Shown here: piece after piece, positions 21,354 to 30,706 of the stretch
Layout: every line of letters begins with the position of its first letter
How positions within the stretch are numbered: position 1 is the first letter of the stretch
From: Myxococcota bacterium
Lineage (GTDB): Bacteria; Myxococcota_A; SURF-8; G963663525
Length of the DNA: 64,000 bases
Reading direction: 5' to 3'
Assembly (NCBI GenBank): GCA_963676915.2
Contig: CAXXVK010000043.1
Coordinates: 192,001 to 256,000 of the forward strand
Program-made: the position numbers and the translations under genes
The notes under the pieces: generated by a model
Database searches by the model: none
The model's input: only the letters and a program-made list of their open reading frames with translations
What the model was told of the DNA's origin: nothing

Positions 21354-21651
21354 GGAAGGAAAGTTGCGCTTTTTCTTTTAAGATAGTATAATATACTAAA
21401 TATAACCAAAGGATCGTTAACGTTCCCATGGCGGTACGACGGAGGGAGGGTCGAAAAAGAAGCCACCGAAAGCGAATCGCTGGGAATGATCGATAAAGAT
21501 AAGTGATCGATAGAGCCAATCCGGCTCGGACTGGATACGGGTAGAGGAAAGGAATTCATCGGATATGTTTCGCGCCTTGAATCGAAACCGGAATAAAGGG
21601 AGCGGCTATGTCTCGAACAACCGAAACATGCAGCCGTATAAAGGGAGTCCA

Positions 21652-24555
21652 ATGAACAGACAGACGAACATGTTGCAGCTTGCGGGTCTGTTGATGGTGC
21701 TTGCTTTGACGAGCTGTGCCTCTGGAAAAGCGACCGCGCCTTCAAGCGAACCGAGTTCTCCTGGAGATAATATAGCCAGGATTTCCTCGCTTGACATCGA
21801 CAGACAGCAAAGCCAGACCCTGGTTTCCATCGAGGGCGAAGGCAAACTAACACCGATGGTCCAGAAATTGTTCGATCCTCCCAGGCTGGTGGTCGATTTC
21901 TCGGATGCCGTAGGTGACGATCTGCCTCCTGTCCAGGTTGTGGAAGACGGATTGATAGAGGTTATTACTGCCAATACGCTGGTGGGACCGGACAATCACT
22001 CCGTGCGGTTGCTGTTTGGTTTGGAACAGGATCTGGAATATGCAGTCCGCGACACAGACGGCAAGCTTGTGTTGGTGTTCGATCATCCTGAAGGGTATGT
22101 GGCTGAAGCGCCTCAAAAAGAGGTTCAGGAAGAATCGAAAGAAGAGATTGCTTCCGAACCGGTTGCCGCTGTAGCTGTTGCGCCAGTTGTGGAAGAACCG
22201 GTTGAAACGCCGGTCGAGCTTCCCAAACTTCCTGAATGTGTTGATGGTGAGCCGGTCGTTCTGCATCAGGCACAAGGTGCTTCGAATGCCACCGTATCCG
22301 GTTTGCATTTCAAGGCAAACGAAAATGGTGGTGTGCTTGATGTTCGTAGCAACAAGCCGCTTACCGACGATCAATTTACATTATTACGTTTGTGCGATCC
22401 TGATCGCCTGGTCGTGGATCTTCCGGGTGCGAAAGCGCAAAAAAGCGTGAAGCGCACCTATAAAGGCGATGGAACGTATCTCGAAGGTATCCGAGTGGGT
22501 AAGCACAGTCAGAAAGTGCGGATCGTGCTTGACCTGAAACAGCCGTTGCCAATGTTTGATTTTACTTCGGAAAAACGTAGCAACCATTTCGCCTTTACTC
22601 TTCCTGAAGAACCGAAAGTCGCTCCAGAAACGGCGATTGCGGCTGCTCCGATTCCGGAACCGGTAAAAGAAGAGGTTCTAGAAGAACCCAAGCCGGAAGT
22701 TGTCGAAGCGGTTGATCCCATTGCCTCTGTCGTGAATGAACCGGTTCAAGTTGCTGAAAAGAAGGAGGAAATTCCTTCGTCGATGGCGAGGCTCGATGCC
22801 CTGGAATTCCGTCACGCACCCAATCGTGCCGTTGTGGAAATGAAGCTGGACAAAGTGGCTGACTATCGACTGGTTTCGGCATCGGACGACCAGTTGGTGC
22901 TTGAACTGCCGAACACGATGATTCCTTCTCACTTGGAACAAAGTCTCGATACCAGTGAGTTCAACGGGCCGGTGAAACTGGTCAGCTCTTTCAATTCGAC
23001 TGATGGCGAGTCGATGAGCCAGATTGTTATTCATACTTCGGAAAAAGTCGCCAACCGTGTATGGAACGACAACAATACATTGTATTGGGAGTTTGATTTC
23101 GAAGGAGATAAAACGGCTCAGGGTAGCGGTGAGGGCAAAATCGCCGTCAACGCCGCTGGAGATACGGTTATCGAATATGCGGACGAGCAAACCGCCCCGA
23201 TGGGGGAAGGCGCTTCTGCCAATCCTTACGCTGCCGAAGAGTTCCAGTACCGCGATCCTTTGGGAGATGCCTCTGGCGGTCAGCGAATTTCTTTGGAACT
23301 GAAAAACGCCGATATTCTTGACGTCCTGCGTCTGATCTCGGACGTTAGCAAACTTAACATCATCACCTCGGACGTTGCCGGAACCGTAACGGTACGCTTG
23401 CTCAACGTTCCTTGGAAGCAGGCTTTGGAAATCATTCTTCGTTCCAAAGGTCTGGATATGGAACGCAAAGGCAACATCATTCGGGTGGCTCCGATTGAGG
23501 TGCTGGCTGCCGAACGGGATATCAAGCAGAAAATGTGGGAATCGGAAATGGAAAGTATTCCTCTGCATCTTCGCCTGATTCCGGTCAGTTATTCCAGTGC
23601 GACCGATCTTTTCGATGATGTGTCTCAACTTCTTTCCGAGCGTGGAAAAGTCAGTGTGGACGAACGCATGAACGTGCTGATCGTCAAAGACATGCTTGAA
23701 AACGTATTGCAGATCGAACAGTTGGTCGCCAAACTCGATATGCAGACTCCGCAGGTCAGCATCGAGGCGAAAATCGTCGAAGCCGACGTTCGGAACGTCA
23801 AAGGTTTCGGTATTCAGTGGGGCGGTTATTATCAAATGTCCGCACTTACCGGTAACTCCACCGGGTTGGCTTTCCCGAGCAACTTGGGAATCAACGGTGG
23901 CCAGGACTTGACCAACACCCCCGGTGTTCCGACGGCAGGAACTCCCGATTACGTGGTAAATGTTCCTATCGCTACTTCGACTTCCGGTATTGGTATGCAG
24001 ATGGGTAGCGCAAACAATGCGGCTTCCTTGTCGCTGCGTATTCAATCCGCCGAGGTCAACGGCAAACTGCGGGTTATTTCCTCTCCGAAAATCACAACGT
24101 TGGACAATACCGCTGCTGTTATCGAGCAAGGTATCCGTATTCCGGTTACCACGATTTCCGCTACCGGACAGCCCAACTCGAAGATGGTTCCCGCCTTGCT
24201 GAGACTCAAGGTGCTGCCGCACATCACGGCCGATGGAAGCATCATCATGAAGCTCAACATTGAAAAAGACGAAGCCGACTTCTCTCGTCAGAACGAACGC
24301 ACCAAAGACCCGGCAATCGTTTCCAAGAAGGTTCAGACCGAAGTATTGGTTCGTACGGGAGAGACGGCGGTTATCGGTGGTATCTATACGAAAAAACTGG
24401 ACGAATCGTCCCAGGGGGTTCCTGGATTGATGCACATCCCGATTCTTGGCTGGATCTTCAAAAACTACAGTTCCACGCAAGAGAAGACGGAATTGCTGGT
24501 CTTCATCACCCCGCGGATCATGACCAGGACTCAGTCCTCGATGTCAATGAATTGA
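21652..24555 (+). CDS. pilQ: Type IV pilus secretin PilQ with several AMIN domains
   Basis: PPRLVVDF/PDRLVVDL AMIN motifs, VPWKQALEIIL, QVSIEAKIVEA and ELLVFITPRI. Confidence 0.95.
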   Translation: MNRQTNMLQLAGLLMVLALTSCASGKATAPSSEPSSPGDNIARISSLDIDRQQSQTLVSIEGEGKLTPMVQKLFDPPRLVVDFSDAVGDDLPPVQVVEDGLIEVITANTLVGPDNHSVRLLFGLEQDLEYAVRDTDGKLVLVFDHPEGYVAEAPQKEVQEESKEEIASEPVAAVAVAPVVEEPVETPVELPKLPECVDGEPVVLHQAQGASNATVSGLHFKANENGGVLDVRSNKPLTDDQFTLLRLCDPDRLVVDLPGAKAQKSVKRTYKGDGTYLEGIRVGKHSQKVRIVLDLKQPLPMFDFTSEKRSNHFAFTLPEEPKVAPETAIAAAPIPEPVKEEVLEEPKPEVVEAVDPIASVVNEPVQVAEKKEEIPSSMARLDALEFRHAPNRAVVEMKLDKVADYRLVSASDDQLVLELPNTMIPSHLEQSLDTSEFNGPVKLVSSFNSTDGESMSQIVIHTSEKVANRVWNDNNTLYWEFDFEGDKTAQGSGEGKIAVNAAGDTVIEYADEQTAPMGEGASANPYAAEEFQYRDPLGDASGGQRISLELKNADILDVLRLISDVSKLNIITSDVAGTVTVRLLNVPWKQALEIILRSKGLDMERKGNIIRVAPIEVLAAERDIKQKMWESEMESIPLHLRLIPVSYSSATDLFDDVSQLLSERGKVSVDERMNVLIVKDMLENVLQIEQLVAKLDMQTPQVSIEAKIVEADVRNVKGFGIQWGGYYQMSALTGNSTGLAFPSNLGINGGQDLTNTPGVPTAGTPDYVVNVPIATSTSGIGMQMGSANNAASLSLRIQSAEVNGKLRVISSPKITTLDNTAAVIEQGIRIPVTTISATGQPNSKMVPALLRLKVLPHITADGSIIMKLNIEKDEADFSRQNERTKDPAIVSKKVQTEVLVRTGETAVIGGIYTKKLDESSQGVPGLMHIPILGWIFKNYSSTQEKTELLVFITPRIMTRTQSSMSMN

Positions 24556-24568
24556 ACAGGTGGTTACA

Positions 24569-26032
24569 ATGAAATTTAAAGTTAATCCGTTCATTCCACT
24601 GATGGTTTTCGCGATTCTCTTAAGTGTCGCAGGAACTGCCTGTGAAAGCGCGAGTATCGAAACCTTGGTGATTAACGGTGTTCTGTCCCCCTGCGAGGAT
24701 ACCGTTCCCGATCCGTCCAGTGGCGGCGGTGATGTAACCCTTATGAGCAGTGGTAGACTCGATCTAGCCGTACAGAACTACATGGGAAATAGTGGATACG
24801 AGGCTTATCTCTGGGTCGCCAACATGGCGGCATCCAGTTTGGATGAAGCCGCAAACATGGACGAAGGAAACAGGGTCCAGTTGAAAAAGGCGACGGTGAG
24901 CTTTATTACGCCCAGTTCGTGGACAAAATTAACAAGTTTCACAAAAGAATTGAACTTGGTGTTGTCTCCCGAAATGGCTGCTGGATTGCGTCTGAACGTC
25001 ATTACAGCAGAGACGTTGGAAGAGATTCGCGAAATCTATCGAACGCGATCTTATCTTTCCGAGCAGCAACTGGCCTACAGTGACGAGATGCTTTACATGG
25101 ATTACGAAGATTACAGGGAGATCTTCGAGGATTTGTATGTGCTTTGCGAAAGCATACAGCAGGAAGCCTGTATGGCGACGGTATTGCAGGCCAAGTTGAT
25201 TTCGGATATCGAACCCATGCTGGAAGAGATCAATGCTCTTTCCGGTGGCGGTGCTGCTTCGATTATCACCAAGGTTGAAGCGCTTCGGGAAAAAGTTGAT
25301 TCCTTGAAAAACGGCCAGACCCGTTGCCACCCTCAAACGGCATTTTGGGATTGCAACGGGTTCGCTTGTGACATTTCTGATGGTGCGGCTTATACCGATC
25401 TTTCAGGTCGGGATTTCCCTGCCGAACTTGATGATCCTACGATTGATCGTCCGGGTTATTGTCGACCGGATTGTTCGGTAGGTAATGGTTGCGCCAACAA
25501 GTGCGACCATATTTCACTTGCTTCCGACGATTGGGCAATTGATAATGCATACAATTACTCGTGGGTTACGAGACCTTACAATATGGATGTCAAATCCTGT
25601 GATTTCGGTCCGCAGGACAAAGGCGTTTGCCGAACGTCTTGCCTCCAGGGATCGATAGATTGCGAGCCGTTCCTGCATCCGATTTCCGGTGAGATCATCA
25701 TGGATTACGATTGCCACAGGACGATATGCACTCCGAAGACGGACGATTTGGACCCTCACATGCCATCGACGTTGATTGTCAAAATCAAGCTAAAAGGAAT
25801 AAGGATGGATGGATCGTCCATCGAAAGCAATCCGTTTTATTATGCGATTGATGTTTGTAAAGGTTGCCTGATCAGTAGTAGTAGCAAGGACTGTGATTCT
25901 GTATCTACGACAGTTCGTCAGTATTACACAGAAATTTATGGTGTGGATTGCATGACCTTAGATCAGGACTATGTAGTTCGTTGCGGATGGCTAAGTGGAT
26001 GCAAAAGGCATTTCTGTCCCCAAAGTGAATAA
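24569..26032 (+). CDS. Cys-rich lipoprotein downstream of pilQ
   Basis: Lipobox TAC, more than 20 Cys residues and a C-terminal SNPFYYAIDVCKGCL. Confidence 0.7.
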   Translation: MKFKVNPFIPLMVFAILLSVAGTACESASIETLVINGVLSPCEDTVPDPSSGGGDVTLMSSGRLDLAVQNYMGNSGYEAYLWVANMAASSLDEAANMDEGNRVQLKKATVSFITPSSWTKLTSFTKELNLVLSPEMAAGLRLNVITAETLEEIREIYRTRSYLSEQQLAYSDEMLYMDYEDYREIFEDLYVLCESIQQEACMATVLQAKLISDIEPMLEEINALSGGGAASIITKVEALREKVDSLKNGQTRCHPQTAFWDCNGFACDISDGAAYTDLSGRDFPAELDDPTIDRPGYCRPDCSVGNGCANKCDHISLASDDWAIDNAYNYSWVTRPYNMDVKSCDFGPQDKGVCRTSCLQGSIDCEPFLHPISGEIIMDYDCHRTICTPKTDDLDPHMPSTLIVKIKLKGIRMDGSSIESNPFYYAIDVCKGCLISSSSKDCDSVSTTVRQYYTEIYGVDCMTLDQDYVVRCGWLSGCKRHFCPQSE

Positions 26033-26103
26033 AAAATGTGCGTTGCGAATTCTCTTGCATGGTGGCAAAAGCCGAATACACTGTGAAGAGGGTTCAACGA
26101 GTC

Positions 26104-26146
26104 GAAAAAGCCGGTTTCGTTGCAAACCGGCTTTTTCTATTTTTTT
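26104..26146 (+). terminator. Terminator after the pil operon
   Basis: GAAAAAGCCGGTTT...AAACCGGCTTTTTC followed by a T-run. Confidence 0.7.
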
Positions 26147-26167
26147 ACGCAGGAGAAGAGCAAAACC

Positions 26168-26524
26168 ATGTTCGATGAAATTCTGAAAAACGTGGTGGAA
26201 AAGACCCCAGGCGGTTTGGCGGGAGTTCTGTTGGCGACGGATGGCATTGTGGTCAGTACCTATCAAGTGCCTGATTCCACTTTGGAATTGGAACTGATGT
26301 CCGCAGAAATCGTCGCGATTTTCAATCAGTGGCGCACGTCATCGTCTTCCGGGAGTTTTGGTGTTGCCGAAGAATTCATCTTCAAAAGCCCTGAAACGAC
26401 TTTGGTTTGCAGCTTTTTAACGAGTGAATACCTTTTAGCGCTGGCTGTGGATTCAACACAGGCATTCGGCAAAGGTCGCTATCTGCTGAAAATCGCTGCC
26501 GAAGCGGTTAGAGCGGAGTTGTAA
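26168..26524 (+). CDS. Roadblock/LC7 (MglB-like) domain protein
   Basis: VVEKTPGGLAGVLLATDGIVV and GKGRYLL. Confidence 0.85.
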   Translation: MFDEILKNVVEKTPGGLAGVLLATDGIVVSTYQVPDSTLELELMSAEIVAIFNQWRTSSSSGSFGVAEEFIFKSPETTLVCSFLTSEYLLALAVDSTQAFGKGRYLLKIAAEAVRAEL

Positions 26525-26576
26525 ACCTCTTTTCAAATCGCTGCATTCTTAGTATTTTACCGAAAACGGAGGAATC

Positions 26577-27674
26577 ATGCCGAAGGCCGAATTTGCCAAT
26601 CCGTTTCATTTTACCCTCGATAGTCTGCTTGAAATTTTAAACCTCGATGCTTTGTGGTTGTCGAGTCTTCCCGCTATTCAGCACCAGTGCGGTTTCACCG
26701 GTTCGGCAGGAAATATGCTTCTGGCGCGAGATGGACGTCGGGTGCTTTTCGTGGATGGTCGATACACCGAGCAAGCCGGTCTTCAATGCGGTGACAATGC
26801 GCGTGTCGTAACGATAACCCACCCTTACAACGATATGGCTGATGAGTGGATGAAGATGGATCTTCATCGAATCGGTTTCGAGAGTCTCGCCGTGACGATT
26901 TTCGAGCACCAGATGCTTTTGGAGCGTCTTGAGGATGTCGAACTCGTTCCGGTCGAGAACAATATGGCCTGTTTGCGATCGGTAAAGAACGAAGATGAAC
27001 TTGCCATTTTGCGCAAAGGCAATGAGCTGGCAGGGCAGGTGTTCGAAAGCGTGGTTGCCAATGCCTGGAAGGGAATGACCGAAAAAGAACTGGCCTGGGA
27101 GCTTGAAAAAGGTTTTCGTCAGGCCGGTGGGAGCAAACTGTCGTTCGATACGATCGTAGCGGCCGGAGAACGTGGTGCGTTGATTCACGGGTTTCCCTCC
27201 GACAGAGAATTGCAGGATGGCGATCTGGTTGTGATTGACCGAGGGATGCATTACGAGCATTTCGCAACGGACGAAACCAACACGCTTGTTGTGGGCAAAC
27301 CCACGGAAAAACAGAAAGAAATTTACCAGGTTGTCAAAGATGCCCACGATTACGCTCTGGATGCCATCAAGCCAGGAGCGTCGTTGCCTCGTTTGGATGA
27401 TGTAGCCCGAGGGCATATCGAATCGAAAGGCTATGGAGAGTATTTTACCCACCGTTTGGGTCATGGTGTGGGTTTGGAAGTGCACGAGCAGCCTGTGTTG
27501 TCACCGGCTTTTCCCGGAGTCATTGTTCCGGGTATGGTGTTCAGTGTGGAACCGGGTATTTACATTTCCGGTTGGGGTGGAATTCGAATCGAAGACGTGG
27601 TTGTAGCCACGGAAGACGGATACGAATTGCTCACCCAAACCGACAAGTCGGACTTACGTAGTTTTCTCATTTAA
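26577..27674 (+). CDS. Xaa-Pro aminopeptidase (M24)
   Basis: GFTGSAG, DGRY, HRLGHGVGLEVHE, SVEPGIY and GIRIED. Confidence 0.93.
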   Translation: MPKAEFANPFHFTLDSLLEILNLDALWLSSLPAIQHQCGFTGSAGNMLLARDGRRVLFVDGRYTEQAGLQCGDNARVVTITHPYNDMADEWMKMDLHRIGFESLAVTIFEHQMLLERLEDVELVPVENNMACLRSVKNEDELAILRKGNELAGQVFESVVANAWKGMTEKELAWELEKGFRQAGGSKLSFDTIVAAGERGALIHGFPSDRELQDGDLVVIDRGMHYEHFATDETNTLVVGKPTEKQKEIYQVVKDAHDYALDAIKPGASLPRLDDVARGHIESKGYGEYFTHRLGHGVGLEVHEQPVLSPAFPGVIVPGMVFSVEPGIYISGWGGIRIEDVVVATEDGYELLTQTDKSDLRSFLI

Positions 27675-27688
27675 TTCAAGAGGATGTC

Positions 27689-28252
27689 ATGTTTCTGATT
27701 AGTGAATTTCGCAACAATCTTAAAATCGAACTCGACGGCGACCCCTACATCATCGTGTCTTATCAGGCCGTGATGCCGGGCAAAGGTGCCGGATTTACTC
27801 GAACGCGCCTGAAAAACATGATTACCGGGGCCGTGATCGAGCGAACTTTCAAATCGAGTGAAAAGGTCAAAAAACCGAATCTCGAAGAACGCACGATGCA
27901 ATATCTTTACGATGATGGCACAGGCTTCGTTTTTATGGATAACGAAAGCTACGATCAAGTCACGATTCCAACGGAAGTTCTTGACGAAGATCGATATTTC
28001 CTTAAGGAAAACGTTAATTTGGACGTTTTATTCTTCAACGACCGACCTGTCGGCGTGAGTTTCCCCAACTTCGTCGTATTGCAGGTGACGGAATGCGATC
28101 CTGGACTGAAAGGTGACACCGCTTCCGGGGCAACCAAACCGGCGACGTTGGAAACCGGTCTGGTGATTCAGGTGCCGTTGTTCGTCAATGAAGGCGAACA
28201 CCTGCGTATCGATACTCGCAGCCGGGAGTACATTGAGCGGGTGAAAGTCTGA
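27689..28252 (+). CDS. efp: Elongation factor P
   Basis: PGKG loop, QYLY, KGDTA, KPATLETG and VPLF. Confidence 0.96.
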   Translation: MFLISEFRNNLKIELDGDPYIIVSYQAVMPGKGAGFTRTRLKNMITGAVIERTFKSSEKVKKPNLEERTMQYLYDDGTGFVFMDNESYDQVTIPTEVLDEDRYFLKENVNLDVLFFNDRPVGVSFPNFVVLQVTECDPGLKGDTASGATKPATLETGLVIQVPLFVNEGEHLRIDTRSREYIERVKV

Positions 28253-28283
28253 TCGTAATCGGAATGATTTTGAACGTTTTGGA

Positions 28284-28312
28284 AGGCGAGGAGAAGACAT
28301 CTCCTCGCCTTT
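28284..28312. terminator. Bidirectional terminator between efp and the hemerythrin gene
   Basis: AAGGCGAGGAGA...TCTCCTCGCCTT. Confidence 0.65.
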
Positions 28313-28318
28313 GTCGTT

Positions 28319-28717
28319 TTATCCTGCGTTGAGGCATTCACCGTACAACTTGTCGGTGCCCTGGATGTGCTGGATCAGCCAGTCCTTGAGGAAATTCATG
28401 ACTTCCAGCGACATCATCAGCTTGCCGTCTTTGTAGTCTTTTTGAAACTGTTTGACTTGCTCGACGAATTCCCGGTGTTTGGCTACATGATTGTAGTAAT
28501 CTGTGTAACGTACCGATTTCATAGCCATTTCTTCTTCTGAAAAATGGTAGGCAGCGTAGTCTACCATTTCGTCGAGAACGAGTTCCAACTCTTCGGAAGC
28601 CCTGCGTTGCGCCATGGCGTCGTTGAGACGATTGACCAAATCGATCAGTTTTTTGTGTTGCTCGTCGAAACGATCCACTCCGACGCTGTAGTCATCTTTC
28701 CATTGTAGAAACGCCAT
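28319..28717 (-). CDS. Bacteriohemerythrin
   Basis: W...YSVGV..FDEQHK, HFSEEE, H...H and WLIQHIQGTD. Confidence 0.93.
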   Translation of the reverse strand: MAFLQWKDDYSVGVDRFDEQHKKLIDLVNRLNDAMAQRRASEELELVLDEMVDYAAYHFSEEEMAMKSVRYTDYYNHVAKHREFVEQVKQFQKDYKDGKLMMSLEVMNFLKDWLIQHIQGTDKLYGECLNAG

Positions 28718-29009
28718 GGTTTGCTCCCTTCAATAGGACTAAATTGTTGCATAGTTCCTATTCGGGTATCTGAGTGAAAACTTGAATTCTTGTACGTTGT
28801 CGGTGGTGGAAGAATTCGGAAGTGACAGGTTTAGGAAGCACCGGTGTTTACGTAAAAACACGATGAAAGGGAAAAAGTCATGAAAAAAGACCACAAAAAA
28901 AACGATTCGCCGGGGTGGCGAATCGTTATTGTAGCAGGCGAAAAAACAGACCGTGGTGATTTTGATAGGATGAATTCGTGTTCGGTGATTGGTGAAGAAT
29001 TCGATGCAA

Positions 29010-29273
29010 TTAGGAGGGATCTGCGTTCTGAGTGCTGTCTGTTTTTCCGCCGAGAAGGCTTTCTATTCGATTGCGATACTGCTCAACTTTCGCTTTCGTG
29101 CTCTCCCCCGCTCTGTCCAGCACTTTGTTGTAGATCTCGTTGAGTCTCTCCTGACTCTGTTTGACCAACTTCTCGCGTCGATTCCGCAGTACTTCCTGAT
29201 CCATGTCGCGAAGATCGGTCAGAGTGCTTTTGACTCGCTCCACCATTTTTTCTGTATCGATGGTGATTTGCAT
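29010..29273 (-). CDS. Small helical hypothetical protein (possibly phasin-like)
   Basis: 87-aa amphipathic helical ORF with RBS AAGGAG. The function is a guess. Confidence 0.55.
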   Translation of the reverse strand: MQITIDTEKMVERVKSTLTDLRDMDQEVLRNRREKLVKQSQERLNEIYNKVLDRAGESTKAKVEQYRNRIESLLGGKTDSTQNADPS

Positions 29274-29495
29274 GACACGACTCCTTTTTGAATTGTTTGC
29301 ACTCTGTATCCACGACAGATACGATTCTGAATGCTATTATAATGCGTCGCGTCAGATAGTCAATAGTTTTTATCGCAATGCGTCAGAGAAATATCAAAGA
29401 TCAATCCTTGCAGACTTCACGAAAACAGGTAAAGTCGATATCATCATGGTGATGATTGCAAGTTCGTTTCATCAAACAAACGGGAGTCGCAGTTT

Positions 29496-30536
29496 ATGTT
29501 TTCCAGCCAATTTGTCAAGAAGTTTCGTATTTTTATTGTATTTTTCCTTGCCATTGTCGGGATGAGTTTCAGTTGGTCTTTTGCTATCGCTCAGGACGAA
29601 GAAGAGGCCGTGCTCGACGAACTCAACCGGGAACTTGCCGAAAAACTGGAAGCCTCCAAGGAAGAGTCGGAGGAGCAAGCTGAGCCTAAAGAGGAAAAAG
29701 TCAAGGAAGAATCAGAAGATACGATAACAGGCAAGACGGAGCAAGAGGAAGCTTCTCAGGAGAAAACGGATCAAGAACCCGTCGTAGCGGAGACAATGGA
29801 AGAAAAAAACGCAAACGATATGGATGAAAAACCGGAGATTTCTCCGGCGGAAGCTTCCAAATGGTACGATCACGAAAAACCGACCGGTGATGCCTGTCTG
29901 GACCGCTGCAATCGCGCCTGCGATTGTCGTTGGAAACTCGGCGGCGGTGGCCCTGTGATCATGGCGCTGCACCATTTCGGTTATCATTCCGGGTACGGCG
30001 ATCTCGATGGTTTCGGGATCTGGGTCGGTGGACGTGGCTATGGCTATCTGCTGGATGACCAACTGCGCATCGGCGGTATGGGAGTCGGTGGTGGTGTAGG
30101 ATCGAATGTCAGTGAAACGACGGTAGCAGGGAAAAATCTTTTAAACGACTCGGAATACCGAACCAGCTCCGAACGCAGTGTGGGAGGCGGTTATGGCGGC
30201 GTGACATTGGAGTACGTTTTTCGACTGATGGACGGCGCATTCGAGATTCCCATCGGTGCGCTTGTCGGTTTCGGTGGAGCGGGATACAGCTCTCGTGTCG
30301 GAAAAGTCGAAAGCATCAATGGTGACGTTGTAGTGCAGGAAGACGGTCTGTTTTTTGCCTTGCAGCCGATGGCGGGCATCGATATCAACGCCAGTCGCTG
30401 GATGCGTATTGGTGTGGCGGGGACGATGTTGTATACACCGGTCGTACAAGGGAAACTCGACGATCTCAGCGGCGCAGGGGTGATGGTGAACATCATGTTT
30501 GGTAATTTTACGCACGAAGCGTTGGTTTGGGAGTGA
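29496..30536 (+). CDS. Putative outer-membrane beta-barrel protein with an acidic N-terminal region
   Basis: Signal peptide and Gly-rich alternating strands (GGRGYG, GGYGGVTLEY, FFALQP). Confidence 0.7.
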   Translation: MFSSQFVKKFRIFIVFFLAIVGMSFSWSFAIAQDEEEAVLDELNRELAEKLEASKEESEEQAEPKEEKVKEESEDTITGKTEQEEASQEKTDQEPVVAETMEEKNANDMDEKPEISPAEASKWYDHEKPTGDACLDRCNRACDCRWKLGGGGPVIMALHHFGYHSGYGDLDGFGIWVGGRGYGYLLDDQLRIGGMGVGGGVGSNVSETTVAGKNLLNDSEYRTSSERSVGGGYGGVTLEYVFRLMDGAFEIPIGALVGFGGAGYSSRVGKVESINGDVVVQEDGLFFALQPMAGIDINASRWMRIGVAGTMLYTPVVQGKLDDLSGAGVMVNIMFGNFTHEALVWE

Positions 30537-30568
30537 TTCACTTCTAGCCAAGTGACTGAAATAATAAA

Positions 30569-30609
30569 GAAAAAGCCTGTCGAAGAACGGTTTTCGACAG
30601 GCTTTTTTT
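30569..30609. terminator. Bidirectional terminator
   Basis: AAAAGCCTGTCGAA...TTCGACAGGCTTTTTTT. Confidence 0.75.
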
Positions 30610-30682
30610 GTTGTTGATACGATATCGCCAGCAAGTATCTGCCTTCAAATCATTACCTTGCCATTCTCCATGAATCTCGCGT

Positions 30683-30706
30683 GTCGGGTGAAATCACCCG
30701 ACCTGC
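30683..30706 (-). repeat. Family-2 REP overlapping the nhaC stop codon
   Basis: GTCGGGTGAAATCACCCGACCTGC is 23/24 identical to 14777-14800. Confidence 0.75.

Noticed and set aside
22678-24480. Long antisense ORFs (600 aa here; also 41936-43519 and 38126-39517)
   Set aside because: These are shadows of codon bias in genuine + strand genes and have no recognisable motifs.
27760-27800. EF-P loop VMPGKG instead of VKPGKG
   Set aside because: The modifiable Lys in PGKG is retained, so this is ordinary variation.
29330-29390. AATGCGTC direct repeats as a PhaR-type operator for a phasin-like gene
   Set aside because: The match is short and the phasin call is itself weak.
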